A stretch of 32,000 bases of DNA from Candidatus Nanopusillus acidilobi. GTDB taxonomy: Archaea > Nanobdellota > Nanobdellia > Nanobdellales > Nanobdellaceae. The notes under the pieces are model-generated. The model did not search any database, was not told the DNA's origin, and was given only the letters and a program-made list of their open reading frames with translations. Of the stretch, positions 24,529 to 32,000 are shown piece after piece. Each line of letters opens with the position of its first letter. Positions within the stretch are counted from its first letter, which is position 1. The stretch spans positions 30,001 through 62,000 of the forward strand of contig CP010514.1 in assembly GCA_001552015.1 (NCBI GenBank). Direction: 5' to 3'. The position numbers were made by a program, and so were the translations under genes.

Positions 24529-27124
24529 TTATGAAAAATTATATCCAAAAAGATCTTTAGAAAGTCTGGGTTTATTTAGAAAAAAATGTAAAATTTGTGG
24601 GAGATATTTTTGGACTTCTGATAAAAATAGAGAAATATGTGGAGATCATGAAAATTATGGTTTTATAAATAATCCTGTTGGAAAAAAATTGGAATATAAA
24701 GAAGTATGGGAAAGCTTTTCAAAATATTTAAATAAAAGGGGATATGCAATAATAAATAGATATCCTGTTGTAGCAAGATGGAGAGATGATATAGATTTTG
24801 TAATTGCATCAATTGCAGATTTTCAGCCATGGGTTGTGGAAGGATATACAGAGCCTCCTTCAAAAAAATTAACTGTTCCTCAATTTTGTTTAAGATTTAA
24901 TGATGTAAGAAATGTTGGATTGACTGGAAGACATTATACTGGTTTTGTAATGATTGGACAACATGCATTTGTAAGACCTGAAGAATATGATATGAATCAA
25001 TATTTCTTAGATCTATATTATTGGTTTGAAGATAATAATTTTCCAATGAATGAATTTATATTTCATGAAGATAAATGGGAAGGTGGAGGAAATGGTGGTA
25101 CATCAATTGAATTCTTTATAAGGGGATTAGAAGTTGCAAACCAGGTATATATGCAATATAAAATTATTAATAATGAATGGATAGAATTGGATAAATTAAA
25201 AGTTTTAGATATGGGAATGGGACAAGAAAGGGTTTCATGGATTACAAATGGTACAAGTACATCATATGATAATGTATTTCCAAAAACAATAAAATTCTTA
25301 TTAGATAATATAAAATATGAAATTGATTTAGATTTATTATCAAAAATTTCAATGTATTCTTCATTATTTGATTTTGAAAAAAATGATATAAAATCTTTTG
25401 AAGAATTTTTAAAGGAAAAAGGAATTGATCCAAAGAATAATATTGAAATAATGAGGGCAATATATTCAATTTCAGATCATATTAGATCATTATATATTGC
25501 AATATCTGATGGAGCATTACCTTCAAATATTGGTGGAAATTATAATTTAAGATTGATTGCAAGAAGGATGTTTTATTTTATTGATAAATATTTTGAAATA
25601 AATGATATAGAAGATTTTTTGAGAAAATTATTAATAAAAATTTCTGAAGATTGGTATGAAGAAAAATTAAAGGGAAATATAAATGAAATTGTTGATATAT
25701 TAAAATATGAATATGAGAAATATTTAGAAGTAAAGAAAAATGCCCAAAAAATTTTAAATAATTTAAAAAATATTGATACAAAGAAAATATTTGAATTATA
25801 TACATCATATGGAATTTCTTTAGAAATTATAGAAGATATAAATCCAAATATAAAAATAAATAGAGAAGAATTAAATAAATTAATTGAAGAACATAAAGAA
25901 AAATCTAAAAAAGTAAAAAAGGAAGAAAAATTAAATTTAAAATTAAATTATCCAGAAACATATAAACCATTTTATGAATCATGGAAAAAATATTATGATA
26001 TTGGAAAATTAATAGGAATAGAAAATGAATATTTAATATTTGATAGAACTGTATTTTATCCAACAAAAGGTGGTCAGGTAAATGATACTGGATATATATT
26101 TAATTTAGATGAAATAAAAAATTATTCAAAGGAAATTTTGAATAATTATGATTTCCCATATTATGTAAAAGAAATATTAAAAGATTATTTAAATGGTAAT
26201 AAAATTGAAGGATTTGAAAATTATTTTGCAAAAGTTATCGATGTAATTGAATATGAAAAAATAATATTACATAAAATAGATAGAAAAATTAATTGGGATA
26301 GAAATTCAAATGTTTTACAAATTATTGATAAAGATAGAAGATATAGAATATCAAGGCATCATACTGCAACACATCTATTAACATCTGTATTAAGAAAAAT
26401 ATATGGAAATCATATATGGCAGGCTGGAGCCGAAAAAAACGAATATGAAGGAAAATTGGATGTTACTCACTATAAGGTACCTTCATATAATGAAATAAAA
26501 TTAATTGAAAGAGAATTAAATAAAATAATATTGGAAGGAAGGAAAATAAATAAATTTTATTTATTAAGAAATGAGGCTGAAGAAAAATATGGATTTACAA
26601 TATATCAGGGAGGATTCATACCAGAAACAAAATTAAGAATTGTTGAAATAGAAAATACAGATGTTGAAGCATGTTCTGGAACCCATTTAGATAATACATT
26701 AGAAATTGGATTAGTAAAAATAAAAAGTGTAGAAAAAATTGCAGATGGATTAATAAGGTTTAGATTTGTTGCTGGTGATAGGGTTATAGAAGAATTTGAA
26801 GATTATGAGGAAAAAATTTTGGATATAAAAAATAAGTATAATATTGACATAAATAATTTAAATAATTATATTGAGAAAATAAGTAAAGAAAGGGATGAAT
26901 ATAATAAAAAATTAAATATAATATTGGAAGAATATATTAAAAACAATATAAAGGATGGAAAATTATATTTAGAAACTAATTTATATGTTTCAGATATAAT
27001 AAAATATATTTTAAAGTATAAAGATTTAATAAATGATATTAATTTAAAGTGTAAAGATGGAATAATTAATTTAAAAGAAGGGGAAAAGAAAGTTGATAAA
27101 TTTTATATAAAGAAAGTAAATTAA
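24518..27124 (+). CDS. alaS: Alanyl-tRNA synthetase, single polypeptide
   Basis: 868 aa, GTG start; N-terminal Cys motif CKICGRYFWTSD..CGDH, VVARWRDDIDFVIASIADFQPWV, catalytic core to HHTATHLLTSVLRKIYG...QAGAEKNEYEGKLDVTHY editing domain with CSGTHLDNTLEIG. Confidence 0.95.
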   Translation: MQSNYEKLYPKRSLESLGLFRKKCKICGRYFWTSDKNREICGDHENYGFINNPVGKKLEYKEVWESFSKYLNKRGYAIINRYPVVARWRDDIDFVIASIADFQPWVVEGYTEPPSKKLTVPQFCLRFNDVRNVGLTGRHYTGFVMIGQHAFVRPEEYDMNQYFLDLYYWFEDNNFPMNEFIFHEDKWEGGGNGGTSIEFFIRGLEVANQVYMQYKIINNEWIELDKLKVLDMGMGQERVSWITNGTSTSYDNVFPKTIKFLLDNIKYEIDLDLLSKISMYSSLFDFEKNDIKSFEEFLKEKGIDPKNNIEIMRAIYSISDHIRSLYIAISDGALPSNIGGNYNLRLIARRMFYFIDKYFEINDIEDFLRKLLIKISEDWYEEKLKGNINEIVDILKYEYEKYLEVKKNAQKILNNLKNIDTKKIFELYTSYGISLEIIEDINPNIKINREELNKLIEEHKEKSKKVKKEEKLNLKLNYPETYKPFYESWKKYYDIGKLIGIENEYLIFDRTVFYPTKGGQVNDTGYIFNLDEIKNYSKEILNNYDFPYYVKEILKDYLNGNKIEGFENYFAKVIDVIEYEKIILHKIDRKINWDRNSNVLQIIDKDRRYRISRHHTATHLLTSVLRKIYGNHIWQAGAEKNEYEGKLDVTHYKVPSYNEIKLIERELNKIILEGRKINKFYLLRNEAEEKYGFTIYQGGFIPETKLRIVEIENTDVEACSGTHLDNTLEIGLVKIKSVEKIADGLIRFRFVAGDRVIEEFEDYEEKILDIKNKYNIDINNLNNYIEKISKERDEYNKKLNIILEEYIKNNIKDGKLYLETNLYVSDIIKYILKYKDLINDINLKCKDGIINLKEGEKKVDKFYIKKVN
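27102..27111 (+). promoter_or_regulatory. Putative TATA box (TTTATATAAA) for tRNA-Leu, inside the alaS 3' end
   Basis: Centre about 27 bp upstream of mature tRNA 5' base 27134. Confidence 0.65.
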
Positions 27125-27133
27125 TTTTTATAA

Positions 27134-27217
27134 GCGGCGGTGCCCGAGAGGTCAAAGGGGGTCGGTTTAGGTCCGATTGGATAAGATCCGCCAGGGGTTC
27201 AAATCCCCTCCGCCGCA
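27134..27217 (+). tRNA. trnL: tRNA-Leu (UAG), class II, no intron, no encoded CCA
   Basis: Acceptor GCGGCGG/CCGCCGC, anticodon arm GTCGG-TTTAGGT-CCGAT, long variable arm, T-arm AGGGG-TTCAAAT-CCCCT, discriminator A. Confidence 0.95.
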
Positions 27218-27226
27218 TTAAAAATT

Positions 27227-27862
27227 TTACATATATATATCAAGTATTTTAATCTCTTTAGGGGTTATTTTAGATTTTTTGCAAACGTTTTCTCCATTAA
27301 TAATAATATACCAACCAATTATTTTCATTCCGGTTTTTTCTATAATTTTTGGATTTATGATATTATATTTAATAAAAGCAATTATATCATCTAATTTAGC
27401 TTTTTTTAGATTTATAATATAAGATCTTGGCTTTATATCTTTATTAAAAGTATCAGTTCCACAGAAACCTATAACATTCATCTCTTTTAGTTTATCTTTT
27501 TCTCCATAAATTGTTATATCTGATGTAATAATTAAGTTATTTAAATGTACATAGAGTGGTATCTCTCTTGTATATCCTATAGCTAAAGAAAAGTTACCAT
27601 CAAGCGGGATGGGATGACTATATGTTCCATATGGTGGGGTAGGTATTATGATTACTTCAGGATAATTTATATCTTTTCCTTCTTTATTTTTATATATTTC
27701 TAATATTTTCATAATATCCCTTTTTGTTTTAAAAGTATAAAATTTAGATTCATCATAAAATTTAGAGTCATCAGGAAATGACTGTGCATATATTTTATAT
27801 GAGCTTATGCCTTCTCTTTCTATTTTGTAAACTCTTGTATTAAGTAATAAATCTTCTAGCAT
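27227..27862 (-). CDS. Conserved-looking soluble protein of unknown function
   Basis: 211 aa, globular composition: MLEDLLLNTRVYKIEREGISSYKIYAQSFPDDSKFYDES...YPEVIIIPTPPYGTYSHPIPLDGNFSLAIGYTREIPLYVHLNNLIIT...GFCGTDTF. Confidence 0.7.
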   Translation of the reverse strand: MLEDLLLNTRVYKIEREGISSYKIYAQSFPDDSKFYDESKFYTFKTKRDIMKILEIYKNKEGKDINYPEVIIIPTPPYGTYSHPIPLDGNFSLAIGYTREIPLYVHLNNLIITSDITIYGEKDKLKEMNVIGFCGTDTFNKDIKPRSYIINLKKAKLDDIIAFIKYNIINPKIIEKTGMKIIGWYIIINGENVCKKSKITPKEIKILDIYM

Positions 27863-27891
27863 ATATTATCATATAGTAATAAAAATTTATA

Positions 27892-27966
27892 TGGACCCGC
27901 GGGGATTCGAACCCCGGACCTCTCGGACCGCAACCGAGAATTCTGTCCATGCTGAACTACGGGTCC
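27892..27966 (-). tRNA. trnR: tRNA-Arg (GCG), no intron, no encoded CCA
   Basis: Minus strand GGACCCG TA GTTC AGCATGGACA GAAT T CTCGG TTGCGGT CCGAG AGGTC CGGGG TTCGAAT CCCCG CGGGTCC A. Confidence 0.95.
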
Positions 27967-27974
27967 TATATATA

Positions 27975-28460
27975 TTATATCTTTGGTAGTATTAAATTTC
28001 CAAATTTTTCATATTTATTCAATTTAAAGAATAAACCGGCTAAATAGGATAAATATGCATCATAAATATCTTTATATTTAAATACATTTGAAAAATATTG
28101 ATATTTCAATTTTAATATTTTTTCTACAGCTCTTGGAAATGTTTCATATACTTCTATATTCTTATTAATTTCTATTATTTTACTTTTTAATAAATTAGCC
28201 CTTTCATATAGTAATTTCATTGATTTTAAAGATAATGGTAATGGTTTAAATCCATATTTATATAATAATTTTTCTTCTATTCTATATGGATATTCATAGC
28301 TTAAAGGAGCATCAATAAATATATATTTGAATTTTTCGTTTTCTATTAAATTTAATATTTCTTCATTTTTATTTAATGTTCCAAAGGTTGGTTTTTTATT
28401 AAAGTAAAAATATCCAGTTCTATTATTTTCCTTTGCAGATAGATCTAAACCAAGTATCAT
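27975..28460 (-). CDS. DUF429-like predicted nuclease, RNase H fold
   Basis: 161 aa; MILGLDLSAKENNRTGYFYF...FKYIFIDAPLSYEYPYR...RANLLKSKIIEINKNIEVYETFPRAVEKIL. Confidence 0.75.
   Translation of the reverse strand: MILGLDLSAKENNRTGYFYFNKKPTFGTLNKNEEILNLIENEKFKYIFIDAPLSYEYPYRIEEKLLYKYGFKPLPLSLKSMKLLYERANLLKSKIIEINKNIEVYETFPRAVEKILKLKYQYFSNVFKYKDIYDAYLSYLAGLFFKLNKYEKFGNLILPKI
27991..27998 (-). promoter_or_regulatory. Putative TATA box (AATTTAAT) for tRNA-Arg
   Basis: Centred about 28 bp upstream of the mature tRNA 5' base (27966) on the minus strand; lies inside the 3' end of the DUF429 gene. Confidence 0.5.
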
Positions 28461-29080
28461 TCCCTATAAACAAATTTATATGAAGTATCATATATATCCT
28501 TTTCAAAATTCATTTTATCTAAATAATAATTTAATATTACAATAACTTGTGATGAAAAATAATTAATATCCCCTAAAGAAATTTTTATTACATCATTTTC
28601 TATTTTTTTCTTTATATCTTTTGGTATTCCTAAGAAATCTCCAATAATAAATACTGGATTTTCAATTTTTATATTTTCAATAAATTTTTCATCCTTATCT
28701 AATAAATATATATTCTTTCCATTATTTTTATATTCATTTAATAAATCGAAGAAATCAATTTTATCAACATATATACCTGGAAATGGATTTTTAATATTCT
28801 TTTTATTATATTTTTTTAATGATATTGATAATAATGTAGATATATCCTTTTTTGACCATGGAGTATTTATATTAGATTCTATTCTTATTAATCTAGGAGG
28901 AACAGGCTTTCCATTTAAATATAGATCAAATCTAATATTTTTTCTTAATCCATTTGATACAAAAAAGGCATGTATAATTGAATTAATTGCAATATCTAAT
29001 CTTCCAGAATAATATATATTTTTAAAATTTCCGTCGGTTCTTATTGTATTTGAATAAAAAATAAATGTTCTCATAATCAA
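28457..29080 (-). CDS. trmY: tRNA (pseudouridine54-N1)-methyltransferase TrmY
   Basis: 207 aa; MRTFIFYSNTIRTDGNFKNIYYSGRLDIAINSIIHAFFVSNGLRKNIRFDLYLNGKPVPPRLIRIES...; ATGA overlap with the downstream DUF429 gene. Confidence 0.88.
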   Translation of the reverse strand: MIMRTFIFYSNTIRTDGNFKNIYYSGRLDIAINSIIHAFFVSNGLRKNIRFDLYLNGKPVPPRLIRIESNINTPWSKKDISTLLSISLKKYNKKNIKNPFPGIYVDKIDFFDLLNEYKNNGKNIYLLDKDEKFIENIKIENPVFIIGDFLGIPKDIKKKIENDVIKISLGDINYFSSQVIVILNYYLDKMNFEKDIYDTSYKFVYRE

Positions 29081-29126
29081 ATATTTAAATAAAATCTTAT
29101 AAAAAATGAGATAATAATAAAATCAT

Positions 29127-31412
29127 ATGAAAAAACTAAAATTATTTGCATTATTGATCTTAATATTTAATTTTTTTAATATATATTCGCAAAATTATTC
29201 ACCAACATTATTTAATATTCCAATAAATTCAATAAATGTAAATCAATTAAATCTGTATAATTTAGGACAAGGGTCTTATGGTTATTTTTATATTTTATAT
29301 TCTTCATATTATTTTTATTACCCAATAAATTCATCAAATCAATATTTAAATATATATTTTAATTCAACAATTCCTTTAAATTTTTATTTAATGAATCAAC
29401 AAAATTTTCAAAGTTTTCAAAATGGTGGGAATTTTAGTTCAATTTATCAAGAATATACAAATTATATAGAACAAAGTATATTTTTACCTTCAGGAAATTA
29501 TTATATAGTAATTTACAACAATAATACTCAAAATGCATATTATTATCTTATATATAGTTTAACAAATCAAAGTGAAAATAATATTTATTCCCCAATAGGA
29601 ATTTCTGATTATGGTATATATATTAGTAATGGAAATATTTATGGATACAATATTACAACAAATGAAGTTATTGGAGAAGTTTATTTAAATAATTTTAGTT
29701 CATATGTTGATCCTTTATGTTCTAATAATTTTATAGGTGAAAATTCTGGTTCTATACAATTAAATGCTATTTTAGAATTAAGTAATGGTCAATATTATTG
29801 GTTACAAAATGTTTTATTAATAAATAATACTGGTGGATATTATGAATTTGCTGATAATTTATGGAATTTTACTTCTTTAAATTCTTATTTATTAGGAAAT
29901 TTAATTAGAGGTAATGGAATAATAAGTAATTATGATAATGAATATTTTTATGTATATGAAACAAATAACTTTGTTCTGCAATATCCATTAAATGTATACT
30001 TAATAATTAATGTTACTCAAAATAATTCTTATCCAGAAATTCAATTTGGATATAGTTTTGATGGACAAAATATATATTGGTATGATAATGTTACATTATT
30101 AATTCCATCAAATGGTAATATAATTATTTCTCCATATTTTACAGGTTCTAATAATATAGAAGATTTAGAATTTGTTATCGGAGGACCTGGATACGGAACC
30201 TGTATAGATATAAACAATATTAGTGGATATTTAGGTTTATATTATTTATATAATAATCAATATCTTACTCCGGATCCATCAATATTTAATTTTGGTTTTA
30301 ATACACAAGAATCTTCTTCAAATATTTATGAAAATATAATATCTCAAGGATTTGTAAATTTATTTACAGGTTATTTTTATCCAGAATATTTGGGAAGTAC
30401 AAATACTTTAAATTATAATATATCAGTTTATTATTCTTACAATAATTCATATATAAATTATCAATATCCATTTGGAACAATTTTTAATATAAATATTCCG
30501 GTATATATTTATCAAAACAATACATTATATTTATTAAATAATTTAACAATAAATGGGGAAAATTATAATATTAATTATTCTCAACAGTATGTTAATATAA
30601 GTTTGCTTGTAAATAATAATTATAATATTTCTACAAGCTATATTGAATATTATTTGGTTACTATAAATGATAGTATTGGAATAAATTTCGCAATTTCTGG
30701 AAATTATTTAAATGAAACATATTATAATAATATATATTCCCTTTATGCAAATAATATATTGAATATTTACTTAAATCAAACATATAATTTTGGAAATTAT
30801 CAGTATTATTGTCCAAATAATATAACATTAAATATAAATAATTCAGAAAGTATAAATCTATCCAATTATTGTTATTTGCAATATCAACTAAATATATCTT
30901 TTCCATTCAATTATACAATAAATAATAATACTTATTCTGGAAATAATAGTTTTTATATAAATGCAAATAGTAATATAACTATATTAATAAATTCAATTAA
31001 TTATATAAATAATCAGGAAAGATTGTATTGCAGTCAAAACAATATAACTTTAAATATAAATTCTCCAAAAAATATTAATTTAATCAATTACTGTATATAT
31101 CAATATTTAGTAAATATTAATACACAATTTTTAGTAAATATTTCTATAAATAATTCTGTAAATACTTATGGAAACACTTCTATCTTTTTAAATGATGGAA
31201 CTTTAATAAATATTTTGCCTTCAAAACATATTTATCCAGGATTCTTTTATAATACAATTTATTATGAAAATGGATATAATTATGTTGTAAATCAACCACT
31301 AAATATTGTTATACAGTTTAATAAAGAAATTCAGTATAATTATTTAAATATTGGATTATTGATTGGAGGAATAATTGGAATAATAGTGATAATATTATAT
31401 ATTTTATACTAA
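29127..31412 (+). CDS. Large secreted surface protein: N-terminal signal peptide, Asn/Tyr-rich ectodomain, C-terminal TM anchor
   Basis: 761 aa; MKKLKLFALLILIFNFFNIYSQNYSP...; C-terminus NKEIQYNYLNIGLLIGGIIGIIVIILYILY. Confidence 0.8.
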   Translation: MKKLKLFALLILIFNFFNIYSQNYSPTLFNIPINSINVNQLNLYNLGQGSYGYFYILYSSYYFYYPINSSNQYLNIYFNSTIPLNFYLMNQQNFQSFQNGGNFSSIYQEYTNYIEQSIFLPSGNYYIVIYNNNTQNAYYYLIYSLTNQSENNIYSPIGISDYGIYISNGNIYGYNITTNEVIGEVYLNNFSSYVDPLCSNNFIGENSGSIQLNAILELSNGQYYWLQNVLLINNTGGYYEFADNLWNFTSLNSYLLGNLIRGNGIISNYDNEYFYVYETNNFVLQYPLNVYLIINVTQNNSYPEIQFGYSFDGQNIYWYDNVTLLIPSNGNIIISPYFTGSNNIEDLEFVIGGPGYGTCIDINNISGYLGLYYLYNNQYLTPDPSIFNFGFNTQESSSNIYENIISQGFVNLFTGYFYPEYLGSTNTLNYNISVYYSYNNSYINYQYPFGTIFNINIPVYIYQNNTLYLLNNLTINGENYNINYSQQYVNISLLVNNNYNISTSYIEYYLVTINDSIGINFAISGNYLNETYYNNIYSLYANNILNIYLNQTYNFGNYQYYCPNNITLNINNSESINLSNYCYLQYQLNISFPFNYTINNNTYSGNNSFYINANSNITILINSINYINNQERLYCSQNNITLNINSPKNINLINYCIYQYLVNINTQFLVNISINNSVNTYGNTSIFLNDGTLINILPSKHIYPGFFYNTIYYENGYNYVVNQPLNIVIQFNKEIQYNYLNIGLLIGGIIGIIVIILYILY

Positions 31413-31486
31413 TGGGACCGCCGGGATTTGAACCCGGGACCACCGGTACCCCAAACCGACATCCTTCCAGGCTGGACTACGGTCCC
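31413..31486 (-). tRNA. trnP: tRNA-Pro (GGG), no intron, no encoded CCA
   Basis: Minus strand GGGACCG TA GTCC AGCCTGGAA GGAT G TCGGT TTGGGGT ACCGG TGGTC CCGGG TTCAAAT CCCGG CGGTCCC A. Confidence 0.92.
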
Positions 31487-31506
31487 AGATAAAAATATAT
31501 GAAAAA

Positions 31507-32000
31507 TTAAAATATATAAGGAATAAATCTAAAAGTTTCTTTCATATATTCTTCATATTCCTTTCCAAACTTTTCTAACATATATTTTTCTTCTGGAATT
31601 ACTTCTCCAAAATATATCATTAATGATACAATAAAAGCTCCTAATATTCCTAATAGACTATATGTTACAAAGCCAAGTCCAAAGAATATTATTATTTCTC
31701 CGAAATATCCAGGATGTCTTATATATTTGTATATACCATTTTTAATTATTTTTTGATCTTCAACAGTTCCAATAGATGGTAAATAATATTTTCCAAGGGT
31801 TGCTTCAGCAATACCTTGTAATGCTAATCCAATTATAAATAATGAAAATCCAATAATATAACCTAAATTGTAATTAAATAGCGAAAAATTATAATAGTAA
31901 TCTATTGATGCTAATATAACTATAAATGTCATTCCAAATAGTACATATAATATAAAACCTACTAAAGAATACAATTTTAATTCTATTATTTTTTCTTTTT
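31507..32000 (-). CDS. Isoprenylcysteine carboxyl methyltransferase (ICMT/PEMT)-like integral membrane methyltransferase, probably continuing past the window edge
   Basis: ...GIYKYIRHPGYFGEIIIFFGLGF...EEKYMLEKFGKEYEEYMKETFRFIPYIF. The track start at 31974 is a TTG codon; the frame stays open to 32000 (...KEKIIELKLYSLVGFIL), so the true start is likely outside the window. Confidence 0.85.
   Translation of the reverse strand, partial: KEKIIELKLYSLVGFILYVLFGMTFIVILASIDYYYNFSLFNYNLGYIIGFSLFIIGLALQGIAEATLGKYYLPSIGTVEDQKIIKNGIYKYIRHPGYFGEIIIFFGLGFVTYSLLGILGAFIVSLMIYFGEVIPEEKYMLEKFGKEYEEYMKETFRFIPYIF
31511..31518 (-). promoter_or_regulatory. Putative TATA box (TATATATT) for tRNA-Pro, inside the ICMT-like gene 3' end
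   Basis: Centred about 28 bp upstream of mature 5' base 31486. Confidence 0.55.

Noticed and set aside
22149-27000. Minus-strand His/Leu/Gln/Tyr-rich ORFs (22149-22391, 22833-23225, 24663-24863, 25242-25469, 25578-25808)
   Set aside because: Typical antisense artefacts of AT-rich Asn/Asp/Glu/Ile codons in fbp and alaS.
1-32000. Split tRNA halves as in Nanoarchaeum equitans
   Set aside because: GC-rich islands in this AT-rich window are all accounted for by four complete tRNAs; I saw no additional half-tRNA-like island.

Overview
The window is a very AT-rich (about 25% GC by eye), gene-dense archaeal segment. Gene content and style suggest a reduced DPANN genome, probably Nanoarchaeota-like; this is inference, since no 16S is present. 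Housekeeping genes readable from the translations are an NMD3 C-terminus (truncated by the window), aIF1A, ArgS, uS10, Nop5, fibrillarin, a C2H2 zinc finger protein, DUF655, RpoF/Rpo4, eL21, VKOR, Taw3/TYW3, DnaG, archaeal FBP aldolase/phosphatase, P1/L12, a COG1340-like coiled-coil protein, one-piece AlaRS, DUF429, TrmY and an ICMT-like protein. There are four intron-less tRNA genes: Trp-CCA, Leu-UAG, Arg-GCG and Pro-GGG. Each starts with G and has a TATA-like box about 26 bp upstream of the mature 5' end, the arrangement described for leaderless tRNAs in RNase P-less Nanoarchaeum. The accessory part (about 7.6-20.9 kb, plus 1.0-1.6 kb and 29.1-31.4 kb) encodes membrane-anchored surface proteins and microproteins. 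Their N-termini are hydrophobic and pilin- or class III-signal-like, and their ectodomains are rich in Asn/Tyr/Ser/Thr and poor in charge. The best candidate for an undescribed system is the tightly packed nine-gene array at 13194-19830, which includes two micro-ORFs (48 and 52 aa) missing from the supplied ORF track. I see no CRISPR array, transposase or rRNA.
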